64,000 nucleotides of DNA from Candidatus Atelocyanobacterium thalassae (GCA_051971635.1 JBFPLN010000005.1:64001-128000); one strand, 5' to 3'; shown: positions 1 through 10,970, counted from the first letter of the stretch. Program-made: numbers and translations. The notes: a model not told the origin generated them from the sequence alone.

Positions 1-929
1 ATACCATTTATGTTTGGTTTGATGCTCTTTTAGGTTATATCACTGCTTTATTAGAATCAGAATCAAAAGATTTGACACTCGATAGTGCTATTTCTCAAGG
101 ATGGCCTATTGACTTACATTTAATAGGGAAGGATATTTTACGATTTCACGCAATTTACTGGCCAGCTATGCTCATGTCAGCAAAGCTATCTCTACCTAAG
201 TGTATTTTTGGTCACGGATTTTTAACAAAAGATGGCCAAAAAATGGGGAAAAGTTCAGGTAATACTTTAAACCCATTCGAATTAGCTGATAAATATGGTT
301 CTGATCCGATACGCTACTATTTTCTAAAAGAGATAGAATGTGGAAAAGATGGTGATTTCAATGAAACTCGCTTTGTAAACACTGTTAATGCTGATCTTGC
401 TGATGATTTAGGAAATCTTCTAAATCGTACCTTGGGAATGGCTCAGAAATATTGTGAAGGACTTCTACCTTCATTAACTGGAAAAGATTTGCCTCAAGAA
501 CATCCACTTAAAAAGATAGGATTAGATCTAGGAGAAAATGTAATTAAAACTTATGATGATCTTAAATTTAACGAGGGATGCGAAAAAATTTTCATCTTGA
601 TCAGAGCAAGTAATAAATTTATTGATGAGCAAGCCCCTTGGACTTTGTTTAAGAAAGGAGAACACGAAGAAATGAAAAAGGTTTTATATGGAGTGTTAGA
701 ATCGGTTCGTCTTGCTGCTTATTTATTAGCTCCAATTATTCCGGGACTTAGCAGCAAAATTTATAAACAACTTGGTTTTTCAGTTGATTTTAATCAGGTT
801 GAATATTTAGAGGAAATTATTCCTTTTGAGAAACATAGTCAATGGGGACAATTAGCTCATAACAAACCTTTATCTAAACCTCAACCTATTTTTGCTAAAC
901 TTGAAATCTCTTTAAAGAACAACTTTTAG
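1..929 (+). CDS. metG: Methionine--tRNA ligase, 5'-partial
   Basis: Frame open from base 3 (TIYVWFDALLGY); GKDILRFHAIYWPAML and KMGKS class I motifs; stop at 929. Confidence 0.97.
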   Translation, partial: TIYVWFDALLGYITALLESESKDLTLDSAISQGWPIDLHLIGKDILRFHAIYWPAMLMSAKLSLPKCIFGHGFLTKDGQKMGKSSGNTLNPFELADKYGSDPIRYYFLKEIECGKDGDFNETRFVNTVNADLADDLGNLLNRTLGMAQKYCEGLLPSLTGKDLPQEHPLKKIGLDLGENVIKTYDDLKFNEGCEKIFILIRASNKFIDEQAPWTLFKKGEHEEMKKVLYGVLESVRLAAYLLAPIIPGLSSKIYKQLGFSVDFNQVEYLEEIIPFEKHSQWGQLAHNKPLSKPQPIFAKLEISLKNNF

Positions 930-1058
930 AAACTAAGGAAAATTAAAATTTTTCTATTTTTTATTTAAAAAACCGACATAACGATGAAATACAAAACTGA
1001 GCTTACAAACAACTTTCATAATTCGACCTTTTTTGATGATCAGAGAGGTATAACAACA

Positions 1059-1664
1059 ATGTATGATGACTTTGAAGATGATTTACTTTTTACTCCTGAA
1101 CAGATGCTGGAAAATAGAGGAAGAGTTGCTATCTTTATTGATGGTTCTAATCTGTTTTATGCAGCGTTGCAGTTAGGTATTGAAATCGATTATACCAGGC
1201 TTCTTTATCGCTTAACTGAAGGTTCACGTCTCCTTAGAGCTTTTTTCTACACTGGTGTGGATCGAACTAATGAAAAACAGCAAGGTTTCTTATTATGGAT
1301 GAGAAGAAACGGCTATCGCGTTATTGCAAAAGATCTTGTTCAACTTCCAGATGGATCAAAAAAAGCTAACTTAGACGTAGAAATTGCTGTTGATCTTATG
1401 GCACTAGTTGGTTCCTACGATACAGCAATAATTGTCAGCGGAGATGGAGACTTAGCCTATGCTGCAAATTCTGTGAGTTATCGTGGAGCAAGAGTGGAAG
1501 TTGTTAGTTTACGATCTATGACTAGTGATAGCTTAATTAATGTCGCAGATCACTATATTGATCTTGATCAAATTAAAGAAGATATTCAGAAAACTCCTAG
1601 AACTAATCTAGCTTATAATAGTTACTCTACTGTTGGAATACTTGAACAAAATAAACCACGTTAA
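1059..1664 (+). CDS. NYN/LabA-DUF88 family PIN-like protein
   Basis: AIFIDGSNLFY, KKANLDVEIAVD and SGDGD motifs; ATG at 1059 follows GAGAGG (track start 984 probably too long). Confidence 0.9.
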   Translation: MYDDFEDDLLFTPEQMLENRGRVAIFIDGSNLFYAALQLGIEIDYTRLLYRLTEGSRLLRAFFYTGVDRTNEKQQGFLLWMRRNGYRVIAKDLVQLPDGSKKANLDVEIAVDLMALVGSYDTAIIVSGDGDLAYAANSVSYRGARVEVVSLRSMTSDSLINVADHYIDLDQIKEDIQKTPRTNLAYNSYSTVGILEQNKPR

Positions 1665-1716
1665 TATTCACGTTAATATTAAAGTAGAAAAAATATTCGA
1701 TTATCATTAAAGGGTA

Positions 1717-2892
1717 ATGGATCAAAAGCATAGAAATCGACAACAGCATTCTCTACAACTAAAATTAATTAGGAAGGGAATGCTGCTGCTATTATTAAGT
1801 TTACTTGCTTGTCAGGTAGAAGAGAAAACTAACACAAATACAAATACTTTAGAAAAAGTAAAAGAAGAAACTAATTTAAATCTCCAAAATGCTACTTTAG
1901 AGCAATCTGATGCTGATGGAAAATTACTCTGGAAAATACAGGTAGATGAAGCCAGATACAGCCCAGATCGTGAAAAAGCAACTCTAACTGCTGTCAAAGG
2001 CAATATCTTTGAGAATGGGACCCTTGTTTTACAAATTAAAGCAGATTATGGAGAAATCCATGGTAATGGAACTAAAATCTTTTTAAGAAATAATGTTTTA
2101 GCAATTGATCCAAGAAATCAAATGGTTATTCGTAGTGAAGAAATAGAATGGCAACCACATGAATCGCTTTTGACAATGCGTAAAGACTTACAAGGTTTTC
2201 ATCCTCAGTTAGAAGTTTCTGCAAATGAAGGTAAATACTATACACATAAACAAAAACTTGAATTAGAGGGGAAAATTGAAGCTATATCGAAACACAAGAA
2301 AATAAAGATGAATACAGAACATTTGTTTTGGGAAATTCAAAAACAAATGGTAACCAGCAATAAAATGTCAAACATTGTAAGATTTGAAGGCGATATTATA
2401 ACTGCTAATTTAGTAGCTCAAAAGGCAGTTATACATTTAAATAAACATCATATTCTTGTTAGGGATAATATTGAATATAAATCTGTGCAACCGCCTCTTC
2501 AAGTGTCAGCAAGTACAATTTTATGGAATTATAAAACTCATCAATTATTTTCTGATGAACCAGTTCAGTTAGTTCAATATAAAGAAAATATTACCCTTAT
2601 TGGTAATAAAGCACATATCGATCTAGATAATAATATTGCTTATCTTAAAGGTAAGGTTAAAGGAATAAATAAAAATAATCAAAGTATTTTAGAAGCTAAT
2701 AACTTAACTTGGTATATTCTCAACCAAAATATTGAAGCAATAGGCAGTGTCTTTTATCGTCAAGACAAAAATCCGAAATTCACTTTAGCTGGAGATAAAG
2801 CCGTTGGAAGCTTAAAAGAAAATACTATAGTTGTAACTAATAGTGATGAAAAAGAACGAGTCGTTACTGAGTTTTTTACAAATCCAAAATAA
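1717..2892 (+). CDS. lptC: LPS export periplasmic protein LptC-like (repeated beta-jellyroll), putative lipoprotein
   Basis: Hydrophobic leader with LLAC lipobox; ATLEQSDADGKLLWKI; metG-NYN-lptC order typical of cyanobacteria. Confidence 0.75.
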   Translation: MDQKHRNRQQHSLQLKLIRKGMLLLLLSLLACQVEEKTNTNTNTLEKVKEETNLNLQNATLEQSDADGKLLWKIQVDEARYSPDREKATLTAVKGNIFENGTLVLQIKADYGEIHGNGTKIFLRNNVLAIDPRNQMVIRSEEIEWQPHESLLTMRKDLQGFHPQLEVSANEGKYYTHKQKLELEGKIEAISKHKKIKMNTEHLFWEIQKQMVTSNKMSNIVRFEGDIITANLVAQKAVIHLNKHHILVRDNIEYKSVQPPLQVSASTILWNYKTHQLFSDEPVQLVQYKENITLIGNKAHIDLDNNIAYLKGKVKGINKNNQSILEANNLTWYILNQNIEAIGSVFYRQDKNPKFTLAGDKAVGSLKENTIVVTNSDEKERVVTEFFTNPK

Positions 2893-3433
2893 ACTTACTA
2901 GTAAAACTTATAGCATCTAAATAATATAAATTATCATAAAGACTACTAGTTAACTATTTAATAGCAGTAAATAATGATGTTCATTTAAAAATGATAAAAT
3001 CATACTTATTTAGATATTAAATATAGTCTTAATTAAGAAAAGATTGTTTTTTTATTTTTAAAATATAGAGTGAATAGACTATTAGCGCTAATAATTTATG
3101 ATGTTTACAACAAAAACAATTATATTAGAGCTACTAAAAAACCAGTAACAAAAATAATGATAGGTTTCTCATTACTTAAATATGACCATTATATTTCCCA
3201 TTATCAAATAAAATTGTTTAAAAGTTAAATTTTTAAATATACTTTTTTAATACTGATAGTCTTATATGTATAGATAAAGTTAATATAATTCAAATTTCTA
3301 ATATTGAGCTTTTAAAGTTAATTATTTTCTATGCTAAGATGCATATTAAATTAAATAGTAAAATCTCATATATTATTTTCGTTTATCTACAATATATATC
3401 TATTTATGAAAAAAATTGCTCTTATAGATAAAA

Positions 3434-4573
3434 ATGCAAGTAAATACCATTCCTCCCGTTGATTTAGTTCGTCAATACGAATCTATTAATAAAGAAATCG
3501 ATAATACTATCCTCAAGGTAGTACGCTCTGGTCACTATATTGGTGGTTCTGTTGTAAAAGATTTTGAAGAACAATTAGCTCAATATATAGGTACCTCTCA
3601 ATGCTTAACTTGTAACTCAGGTACTGATGCCCTTTATTTAGCCTTAAAAGCATTGAATATTGGCTTTGATAGTGAAGTGATTACTACTCCTTTTAGCTTT
3701 ATAGCTACTGCAGAAGCAATTAGCTTAGCCGGTGCAAAACCAGTTTTTGCTGATATTGAACGTAATACTTTTAATTTAGATTTAGAAAATATAGAAAAAA
3801 AAATTAATTCTAGAACTAAAGCAATTATTGTGGTTCATCTTTTTGGGCAGCCTGTCAATATGACTCGTTTAATGGAAATTGCAAATAAATATAACTTATA
3901 TGTTATTGAAGATTGTGCTCAAGCTACTGGTGCAAAATGGGATCAGAAAGTTGTTGGTAGTATTGGACATGTGGGCTGTTTTAGTTTCTTCCCTACGAAA
4001 AATCTAGGAGCATGTGGAGATGGTGGAGCAATTACAACAAATGATAATACGATTGCTCAGGCTATCAGAACTATCAAAGAACATGGCTCGATGCAACGTT
4101 ATCATCATGATGTAGTTGGTATTAATAGTCGGTTAGACACTATACAAGCTGCTATCTTACAAGTAAAACTACGCTACTTAGATAAATGGAATGAGCAAAG
4201 GCGTGAAATAGCGTACTACTATAATAAGTTGTTAAGTTCAATTTCAATGATACAACTTCCAAAAGAAATTATGGGAGGATATCATGTCTGGAATCAATAC
4301 ACAGTTTTGGTAACAAATGAAATAAATAGCAAAAAATATAATAGAGACCTTTTAAGGAAAGATTTACAAAATCAAGGAGTTATTTCTATGGTTTATTATC
4401 CTATCCCTATCCATTTGCAAAAAGTTTATGTAAACCTAGGATATCAAGAAATGTCATTTCCAGTTACTGAAAAAGCATCTCATGAGGTACTTTCGTTACC
4501 TATATTTCCTGGTATGTTGCCACAGGAGCAAGAACAAGTTGCTAACGCCATAAAAACTAGTTGTAATATGTAA
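3434..4573 (+). CDS. DegT/DnrJ/EryC1/StrS family sugar aminotransferase
   Basis: NSGTDAL, IEDCAQA, SFFPTKNLGACGDGG (PLP lysine). Confidence 0.95.
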   Translation: MQVNTIPPVDLVRQYESINKEIDNTILKVVRSGHYIGGSVVKDFEEQLAQYIGTSQCLTCNSGTDALYLALKALNIGFDSEVITTPFSFIATAEAISLAGAKPVFADIERNTFNLDLENIEKKINSRTKAIIVVHLFGQPVNMTRLMEIANKYNLYVIEDCAQATGAKWDQKVVGSIGHVGCFSFFPTKNLGACGDGGAITTNDNTIAQAIRTIKEHGSMQRYHHDVVGINSRLDTIQAAILQVKLRYLDKWNEQRREIAYYYNKLLSSISMIQLPKEIMGGYHVWNQYTVLVTNEINSKKYNRDLLRKDLQNQGVISMVYYPIPIHLQKVYVNLGYQEMSFPVTEKASHEVLSLPIFPGMLPQEQEQVANAIKTSCNM

Positions 4574-4753
4574 TTAGTTATTATATTTTAATGTCAATTA
4601 TTATTTTACATTAACCAACATTATCTATTTAACATTTGTTACATACTTTTAATATATAAGCTATTTTTAACAGATATTAAAGATCACTAAAATTTACTAT
4701 AAATTAAAGTTATAAAATGAACTTAAAGATATAATTTCTACAACCATAATGAT

Positions 4754-6748
4754 ATGTTAAATCATCATAAAGAAGATACTATAGAATCTATTCTTCAAGA
4801 GCAAAGGGTTATCTCTCCCTCGCCTATTTTTAGTATGAATGCACATATTAAAAGCTTCCAAGATTATGAAAAGATTTATAAAAAATCTATATCAGAATCA
4901 GAAAGTTTTTGGGAAGATCTTGCAGAGAAGGAATTACACTGGTTTCACAAATGGGATAATGTTTTAGAATGGAATCCACCTAATTCTAAATGGTTTGTTA
5001 ATGGAAAGTTAAATATCACTTATAATTGTATTGATCGCCATCTCACTCCTTCAAGACGAAATAAAGCAGCTATTATATGGGAAGGAGAACCTGGTGACTC
5101 GCGAATTTTAACATATGAAAATTTATACGTAGAAGTTTGTCAATTTGCTAATGTACTGAAGCAATTAAAAGTAACGAAAGGTGACTGCGTCGCAATTTAT
5201 ATGCCTATGATACCTGAAGCTATAATTGCTATGCTTGCCTGCGCCCGAATAGGTGCAGTTCATGCAGTTGTTTTTGGAGGTTTTAGCGCCGAAGCTTTAA
5301 GAGGACGTTTAAAAGATTCACAAGCAAAAATTTTGATTACTGCTGATGGTGGTTTTCGTAAAGATAAAATTATTTCTCTAAAATCTCAAGTTGATATAGC
5401 CTTAGAAAATAATTCTTCAAGCGTTGAAAAAGTAATAGTAGTTAAACGTACAAAAGAAAGTATTACTATGAAAAATGGACGTGATTTTTGGTTGCATGAT
5501 TTGCAAAAAAACATGTCTACTGAATGTCCTCCAGAAATTATGGATAGTGAGGATACTTTATTTATTCTTTATACTAGTGGAAGTACTGGAAAGCCTAAAG
5601 GAGTAGTACACACCATTGGTGGATATAGTTTGTATACTCATATAACAACTCAATGGGTCTTCGATCTACAGGATACAGATATTTACTGGTGTACAGCAGA
5701 CATAGGTTGGATAACAGGACATAGCTATAGCGTTTATGGTCCATTATCGAATGGAGCTACGTCTTTAATTTATGAAGGCGTTCCTCGACCCTCGAATCCT
5801 GGTTGCTTTTGGAATATTATAGAAAAATACGGTGTTAATATTTTTTATACTGCACCAACTGCTATTCGTTCTTTTATGAAGATGGGAGATCATATACCTC
5901 AAAAGTTTAATTTATCTTCTTTGCGACTTCTGGGAACTGTAGGTGAGCCGATAAATCCTAAAGTTTGGATGTGGTATTATCGAGTAATAGGTGATGAAAA
6001 ATGTCCTATCGTAGATACATGGTGGCAAACAGAAACAGGTGGAATAATTATAACGTCCTTACCTGGAGCAATACCTAATAAACCAGGTTCAGCTTCTTTC
6101 CCATTTCCTGGCATCATTGCAGATATAGTAGATAAATATGGTAATAGTGTTCCTGATAATACTGGTGGGTTGTTAGTAATTAAAAATCCATGGCCGAGCA
6201 TGTTAAGAACTATCTATGGTGATCATCAACGTTTCGAAGAAAGTTATTGGAATTCTTTATCTGATAAATGTATATATTTTTCAGGAGATAGTGCACGTAG
6301 AGATGCTGACGGTTACTTTTGGATCTTAGGGCGTACTGATGATGTAATGAATATTTCAGGTCACCGCCTGGGTTCTATGGAATTAGAGTCAGCATTGGTT
6401 TCACATCATGCAGTTAATGAAGCAAGTGTAGTTAGTGTACCGCACCAGATTAAAGGAGAAGATATATATGCATTTGTAACACTCAATGATAATTTTAAGG
6501 CTAGTAATGAACTAGCTAATGAACTAAAACAGCATGTTGTTACAGAAATTGGGGCGATTGCTCGTCCTGCAACTATTCAGTTTACACAAGAACTACCTAA
6601 AACACGTTCTGGAAAAATTGTCAGGAGATTTTTAAGACAAATTGCATCAGGACAAAATATTAAAGGAGATAAATCTACAATAGTTAATCCTAATGTTTTG
6701 AATAAACTAGAGGAACAAGCTAAATGGCTATATCATAATAGTATGTAA
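4754..6748 (+). CDS. acs: Acetyl-CoA synthetase
   Basis: [33 protein letters not shown]. Confidence 0.97.
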   Translation: MLNHHKEDTIESILQEQRVISPSPIFSMNAHIKSFQDYEKIYKKSISESESFWEDLAEKELHWFHKWDNVLEWNPPNSKWFVNGKLNITYNCIDRHLTPSRRNKAAIIWEGEPGDSRILTYENLYVEVCQFANVLKQLKVTKGDCVAIYMPMIPEAIIAMLACARIGAVHAVVFGGFSAEALRGRLKDSQAKILITADGGFRKDKIISLKSQVDIALENNSSSVEKVIVVKRTKESITMKNGRDFWLHDLQKNMSTECPPEIMDSEDTLFILYTSGSTGKPKGVVHTIGGYSLYTHITTQWVFDLQDTDIYWCTADIGWITGHSYSVYGPLSNGATSLIYEGVPRPSNPGCFWNIIEKYGVNIFYTAPTAIRSFMKMGDHIPQKFNLSSLRLLGTVGEPINPKVWMWYYRVIGDEKCPIVDTWWQTETGGIIITSLPGAIPNKPGSASFPFPGIIADIVDKYGNSVPDNTGGLLVIKNPWPSMLRTIYGDHQRFEESYWNSLSDKCIYFSGDSARRDADGYFWILGRTDDVMNISGHRLGSMELESALVSHHAVNEASVVSVPHQIKGEDIYAFVTLNDNFKASNELANELKQHVVTEIGAIARPATIQFTQELPKTRSGKIVRRFLRQIASGQNIKGDKSTIVNPNVLNKLEEQAKWLYHNSM

Positions 6749-6916
6749 CATAAAAGATATTAATTTAAACGTCCAGATCAAACATAAATAGTTGACTATG
6801 GTTTAAAAAATACATTAGTACTTATACTTTGGAAGTTAAATAGAAAAATTTAACTACAAGCTCTAATTTATATCTCAAATATCCCATCTTCTATTAATTA
6901 AAATATTTTTAATATA

Positions 6917-7681
6917 CTATTTACCACTTAATTTAACGATAAAAGCACCACCAAAATATAATCCTAAGACTGCTCCAGCTAATAGAGATTGAGTTAAAGG
7001 ATCTGTAGATGGTGTTAATATAGCTCCTAATATAACTGCGCCTACTATCACTATACGCCATTCGCTTAACATTTTATGAGATGATACTATACCTAAATAA
7101 CCTAGCATTACCTGAATTACAGGAATTTGGAAGGCAATACCAGTACTGAACATTAATAGCAAAATAAATTCAAAATAACGATCAATTGACCAAGCTTGCT
7201 CAACTACATCTGAACCGTAAGTGATAAAAAAGTTTAATGCAGCAGGTATTAAAATCCAATAGGAAAACCCTATACCTGCAAAGAAAAGAACACTAGAAAT
7301 TAGAATAGTTGGACCTAGTAGCCGACGTTCTCTACGAGTTAATCCAGGTAGAATGAATCTTAGAATTTGGTAAATGATGAAAGGGCTAGTAATTAGCAAA
7401 CCACTATAACCAGCAACTTTTATGGAGACAAAGAAAAATTCTCCAGGTGCTAGCTGTAAAAGATCTACTCCTTGCGCAGGAACCTCCAGCCATCTTACCA
7501 AAGGTTTTACTACTATAAAACATAGAAATATGTTAAAACATATTGCTCCCAGAGAATAAAGAATACGCATTCTCAATTCTTCAAGATGATCTAGCAGTGG
7601 CATCTCTACTTCATCTGGTATTTCATTAAGGTATTTATCTTTTTCCAGCTCGTCATAATTTTCACTTAAAGGCTGCTTCAT
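6917..7681 (-). CDS. tatC: Tat translocase subunit TatC
   Basis: [27 protein letters not shown]. Confidence 0.97.
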   Translation of the reverse strand: MKQPLSENYDELEKDKYLNEIPDEVEMPLLDHLEELRMRILYSLGAICFNIFLCFIVVKPLVRWLEVPAQGVDLLQLAPGEFFFVSIKVAGYSGLLITSPFIIYQILRFILPGLTRRERRLLGPTILISSVLFFAGIGFSYWILIPAALNFFITYGSDVVEQAWSIDRYFEFILLLMFSTGIAFQIPVIQVMLGYLGIVSSHKMLSEWRIVIVGAVILGAILTPSTDPLTQSLLAGAVLGLYFGGAFIVKLSGK

Positions 7682-7722
7682 AATATATAAAATACAATTC
7701 CTATTTATCTTATTGTCTAGGA

Positions 7723-7752
7723 TTTATAGTTACTATGTATAGTAACTATAAA
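7723..7752. repeat. Near-perfect palindrome (14-bp arms, 2-nt centre) upstream of tatC
   Basis: TTTATAGTTACTAT-GT-ATAGTAACTATAAA. Confidence 0.8.
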
Positions 7753-7890
7753 AAATAACCACAACTAACAATAAACTTTTCTGAAGTTACAAAAATATAA
7801 TTTTATTTTCTAAAAAATATTTATCTTTATAAATAAAATATAGATACAATTTATCAGCTACTCATAAAAATAATGCTTTTATTAATTTTC

Positions 7891-8238
7891 TCAACCATCG
7901 TTTCTATCCGGCAAGTAGATAATTTTTCTCCGTTTAGGTTCTGTAAAATGACTCTGTTCATGCATAACTCGATAAGTCATGTTAGGGGAAAAACTATCTC
8001 CAAACTCTTTTGCTAACTTTGAGACTCGTTGCTTAGTTTCTTGAAGTTCAGCTTGTAATTCCCTAAGATTAGTTTGTTGTAATCTTAAATAATTAACTGA
8101 TCTTATAATACTTAAGATTGCAATGGCTGATAGTAGCCCATTCATTGTTAATTTGGTGATAACTTCTATAGTCATCCATTTGTATTCAAGAAGATAATTA
8201 TTAGTATCTTTCCGTTTATGAATATGCTTTTTAGACAT
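7891..8238 (-). CDS. Conserved hypothetical bitopic membrane protein with coiled coil (FtsL/FtsB-like architecture)
   Basis: Basic N-terminus, one hydrophobic helix, heptad LRELQAELQETKQRVSKL; ATG at 8238 (track start 8265). Confidence 0.65.
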   Translation of the reverse strand: MSKKHIHKRKDTNNYLLEYKWMTIEVITKLTMNGLLSAIAILSIIRSVNYLRLQQTNLRELQAELQETKQRVSKLAKEFGDSFSPNMTYRVMHEQSHFTEPKRRKIIYLPDRNDG

Positions 8239-8274
8239 TGATATAGTAAATAAAGCTATGTTCAATACTTATAT

Positions 8275-8302
8275 AGTTCTCTAACAATAATGTTAGAGAA
8301 CT
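8275..8302 (-). terminator. Stem-loop downstream of psaM
   Basis: AGTTCTCTAACA-ATAA-TGTTAGAGAACT, 12-bp perfect stem; no strong U tract. Confidence 0.55.
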
Positions 8303-8337
8303 GTAAATATAACTGCTAAAACTAGCAGACATACAGA

Positions 8338-8430
8338 TTATTTGTAAAGTTCCGTAGATAAACGAAATGCTAAAATACCAGGAACTAAAGCAACGGCTAA
8401 GGCGATGAAAATTTGTGCATTAGATAACAT
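8338..8430 (-). CDS. psaM: Photosystem I subunit XII (PsaM), missed by ORF track
   Basis: Hand translation MLSNAQIFIALAVALVPGILAFRLSTELYK; C-terminal LAFRLSTELYK signature; AAGGAG upstream. Confidence 0.95.
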   Translation of the reverse strand: MLSNAQIFIALAVALVPGILAFRLSTELYK

Positions 8431-8648
8431 AGGCCATAAACTCCTTAAAGCTAATAAATATAACCACTTCTCTACTTTGCTCTATGATAAGGTTTTATGA
8501 AATATATTGTTACAAAGATTTAACTTTATTACTTATCTTTTTAAAAGTAAATTAAATAATATTTTTGATTTACTAGTTGTATATGGTTCTCAACTTTCAG
8601 CTATTTAATTTATAATATAGCAAAATAATAAAGAAGAAAGAAGGTAAC

Positions 8649-9005
8649 ATGATAAGTTTACTAATTATCTGGATCACTACAGCTTTAAGTTTATTGCTAA
8701 TTAGCAAATTACCTATTGGTATTCAGATAGACAGCTTTAATAAGGCTCTAAAAGCTTCCATTATTTTTGGAATTCTTAATACTTTACTGAGACCAATTTT
8801 GGTTTTTTTAACAATCCCTTTGACTATAGTAACACTCGGATCATCCTTACTAATTATAAATGCTATGATTTTTAGTATTACCTCTATATTGGTTGAGGGG
8901 TTCCGCCTACGCTATGGCTTATGGAGTGCTATTTTAGGTTCAATCTTTCTAAGTCTTACTAACAATATTGGACTAAAAATACTTTCGATTACAGGGTGGA
9001 ATTAA
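8649..9005 (+). CDS. YvlD/DUF360 (holin-superfamily) 4-TM membrane protein
   Basis: IFGILNTLLRPIL...PLTIVTLG...IINA pattern. Confidence 0.8.
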   Translation: MISLLIIWITTALSLLLISKLPIGIQIDSFNKALKASIIFGILNTLLRPILVFLTIPLTIVTLGSSLLIINAMIFSITSILVEGFRLRYGLWSAILGSIFLSLTNNIGLKILSITGWN

Positions 9006-9071
9006 AAGTTCTCATAATATTGGTGAAATCAAACGTTTCAGTTATCATCATTTTCTCTACGATTTATTAAA

Positions 9072-10733
9072 TTAAATTTTTTTAAACAGACGACTATCGG
9101 GAAAGTTACTTACAGCTCTTTGAAGTAAATTAATAGAACGATTATATTCAATGATTGCTTGTAAAAAATCCCCTCGTGCTTTAGATAGGTCTCTTTGAGC
9201 ATCTATCACATCAGTTTGGACTCCTATTCCTGCCTGAAACCTTAGTCTAGCTAGTCTTAGCCCTTCTTCTCTAGTAATAATATTTTTCCTTGTACTTTCT
9301 ATATTCCCTTTATTGGCAATAAGATTATAATAGGCTTCTTCAACTTCAAAGCGAATTTGGCTGCGTAAATCTGCAAATTGGATATTGGCTTGGTCAATTC
9401 TACGTTCAGCAGCTCTAACACCTGCAAAAGCTCTACCACCATCAAACAGTCGCCATCTTAAACGAGTCTCAAAACGATAATTGATTAGCGCTCCTAAGGC
9501 ATCTTCAAATTCATCATTAAAACCATATTGAGCAATAATATCTAGTTTAGGAATAATCTCTGCGATCGCAATGCGTCGATCTTGTTTTCCTATCTCTACT
9601 TGAATGAGTTGTTGTTCTAATTCCGCACGGTTTTTATATGCTTGAGCTATAGTTTCTTCTAACGAGAGTTTCCAATATCCTAGCTCAGATATGTTATCAG
9701 CAGCTGAAAGCTCAATTTTTTGGCCTAAATTTAAAGTTTCTGTGAGTTTTTTTCTTGCTATTCGCTGCTTTGCTACAGTTCTTGCTAGTTGTTCGTTAGC
9801 AGTCGCCAAATCTCCATCTGCCCGTAAAACATCAAATTTAGTGCCTAAGCCAGCCCTTTCTAAAAGTTTTGCATCTCTTAACGTTTGAGTAGCATTTTCA
9901 ACATCTGCCTGAGCAATAGCCACTTCAGCATCAGCATTTTGTAAAAGATAATAATTATCTGTTGCTTCAAAACGAATTTGTTCAGCAATTTGTTCAAGCT
10001 GTAGTTGTCGGCCCCTAATTTCCCGCTCTGCTTTTCTAATACGACCATCTCTCTCACCACCAGTATAAATATCATATCGAAGAGAAACATTAAAGATTCC
10101 TGTTGTCTCTCGAGAACTTGCTGCAACTTGTTTTTTAAAACCTTGACTAAAATCAATAGACTGCCTCTCAAAAAACTTATGATTTAAGCGTGAATCTATA
10201 TCTAAACTAGGATAAAGTTTAGCTTCTTGTTCAGTCAGTCGTGCTTTAAATTCTTCTATAACAACACGAGCATTTTCTATTTCTTGATTATTTTGTAAAG
10301 CGACGGAAATAACTTCTTTTAAGGTAAGAGATCTATTAAGTATTTTCTTTACATTGTTCCTCTTTACAGAAGACATTAAAAAATGATTATCTATATTTAT
10401 ATCTTCAGAAAACAGTTTTATAGAGATAACTTTTAAGTAATTACTATATCCAAAATTTGGCAAGAAATTTATTTGTTCATAATTTATTTTAGGAGATGGT
10501 TTTATTCTTTTTATATCATTACTTTGCTGAACACGAGATTTTATCAATAAATCTTGTTTTCCTTGAGAATTATAGATGTAATTTTGGAATTGTGGTTTTT
10601 GATGAGATTTAAGAAAAGGGCTCATAGTTTCATACTCTTCTTGCATGGGAGATAAAGCTTGTACTATTAATGGAAAATTAAATAGCATTACCATTAAATA
10701 ACTAGCACATGCATAGTAATTTAGAAGAAACAT
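9072..10733 (-). CDS. tolC: Outer-membrane efflux protein TolC (HgdD-like)
   Basis: Two OEP repeats (AGLGTKFDVLRA; ARLRFQAGIGVQTDVIDAQ); start uncertain. Confidence 0.92.
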   Translation of the reverse strand: MFLLNYYACASYLMVMLFNFPLIVQALSPMQEEYETMSPFLKSHQKPQFQNYIYNSQGKQDLLIKSRVQQSNDIKRIKPSPKINYEQINFLPNFGYSNYLKVISIKLFSEDINIDNHFLMSSVKRNNVKKILNRSLTLKEVISVALQNNQEIENARVVIEEFKARLTEQEAKLYPSLDIDSRLNHKFFERQSIDFSQGFKKQVAASSRETTGIFNVSLRYDIYTGGERDGRIRKAEREIRGRQLQLEQIAEQIRFEATDNYYLLQNADAEVAIAQADVENATQTLRDAKLLERAGLGTKFDVLRADGDLATANEQLARTVAKQRIARKKLTETLNLGQKIELSAADNISELGYWKLSLEETIAQAYKNRAELEQQLIQVEIGKQDRRIAIAEIIPKLDIIAQYGFNDEFEDALGALINYRFETRLRWRLFDGGRAFAGVRAAERRIDQANIQFADLRSQIRFEVEEAYYNLIANKGNIESTRKNIITREEGLRLARLRFQAGIGVQTDVIDAQRDLSKARGDFLQAIIEYNRSINLLQRAVSNFPDSRLFKKI

Positions 10734-10970
10734 GATTTTTTACAAAAATTAGATTTAGATAAGTACAATATTAACTAGAAAAATGAAATAGAAATACTTA
10801 TCAAGGTATCATATAGTCTTTAATATATCTCATTCAATTAAAAATAAGTATAGTTATTTAATCTTTACTATTTAATTAAAACTTTCTTTTTTATTTTAAT
10901 AATTTGTTATTAAAAACTTTTATATCGTATCAAATATGATGTGAATATTTTTATTATTTAATAACAGAAA

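Noticed and set aside
1059..1664. NYN/PIN nuclease as a toxin or defence gene
   Set aside because: Conserved housekeeping context between metG and lptC, and no antitoxin seen
2893..3433. 540-bp spacer after lptC as a pseudogene or ncRNA
   Set aside because: Only short uninformative frames; nothing recognisable
8421..8437. Upstream ATG GCC out of frame with psaM, suggesting a frameshifted psaM
   Set aside because: The second ATG is properly spaced from AAGGAG and yields a complete 30-aa PsaM
8649..9005. Phage-holin-family protein as a sign of a prophage
   Set aside because: YvlD/DUF360 is a common chromosomal gene; no phage genes, integrase or att sites nearby
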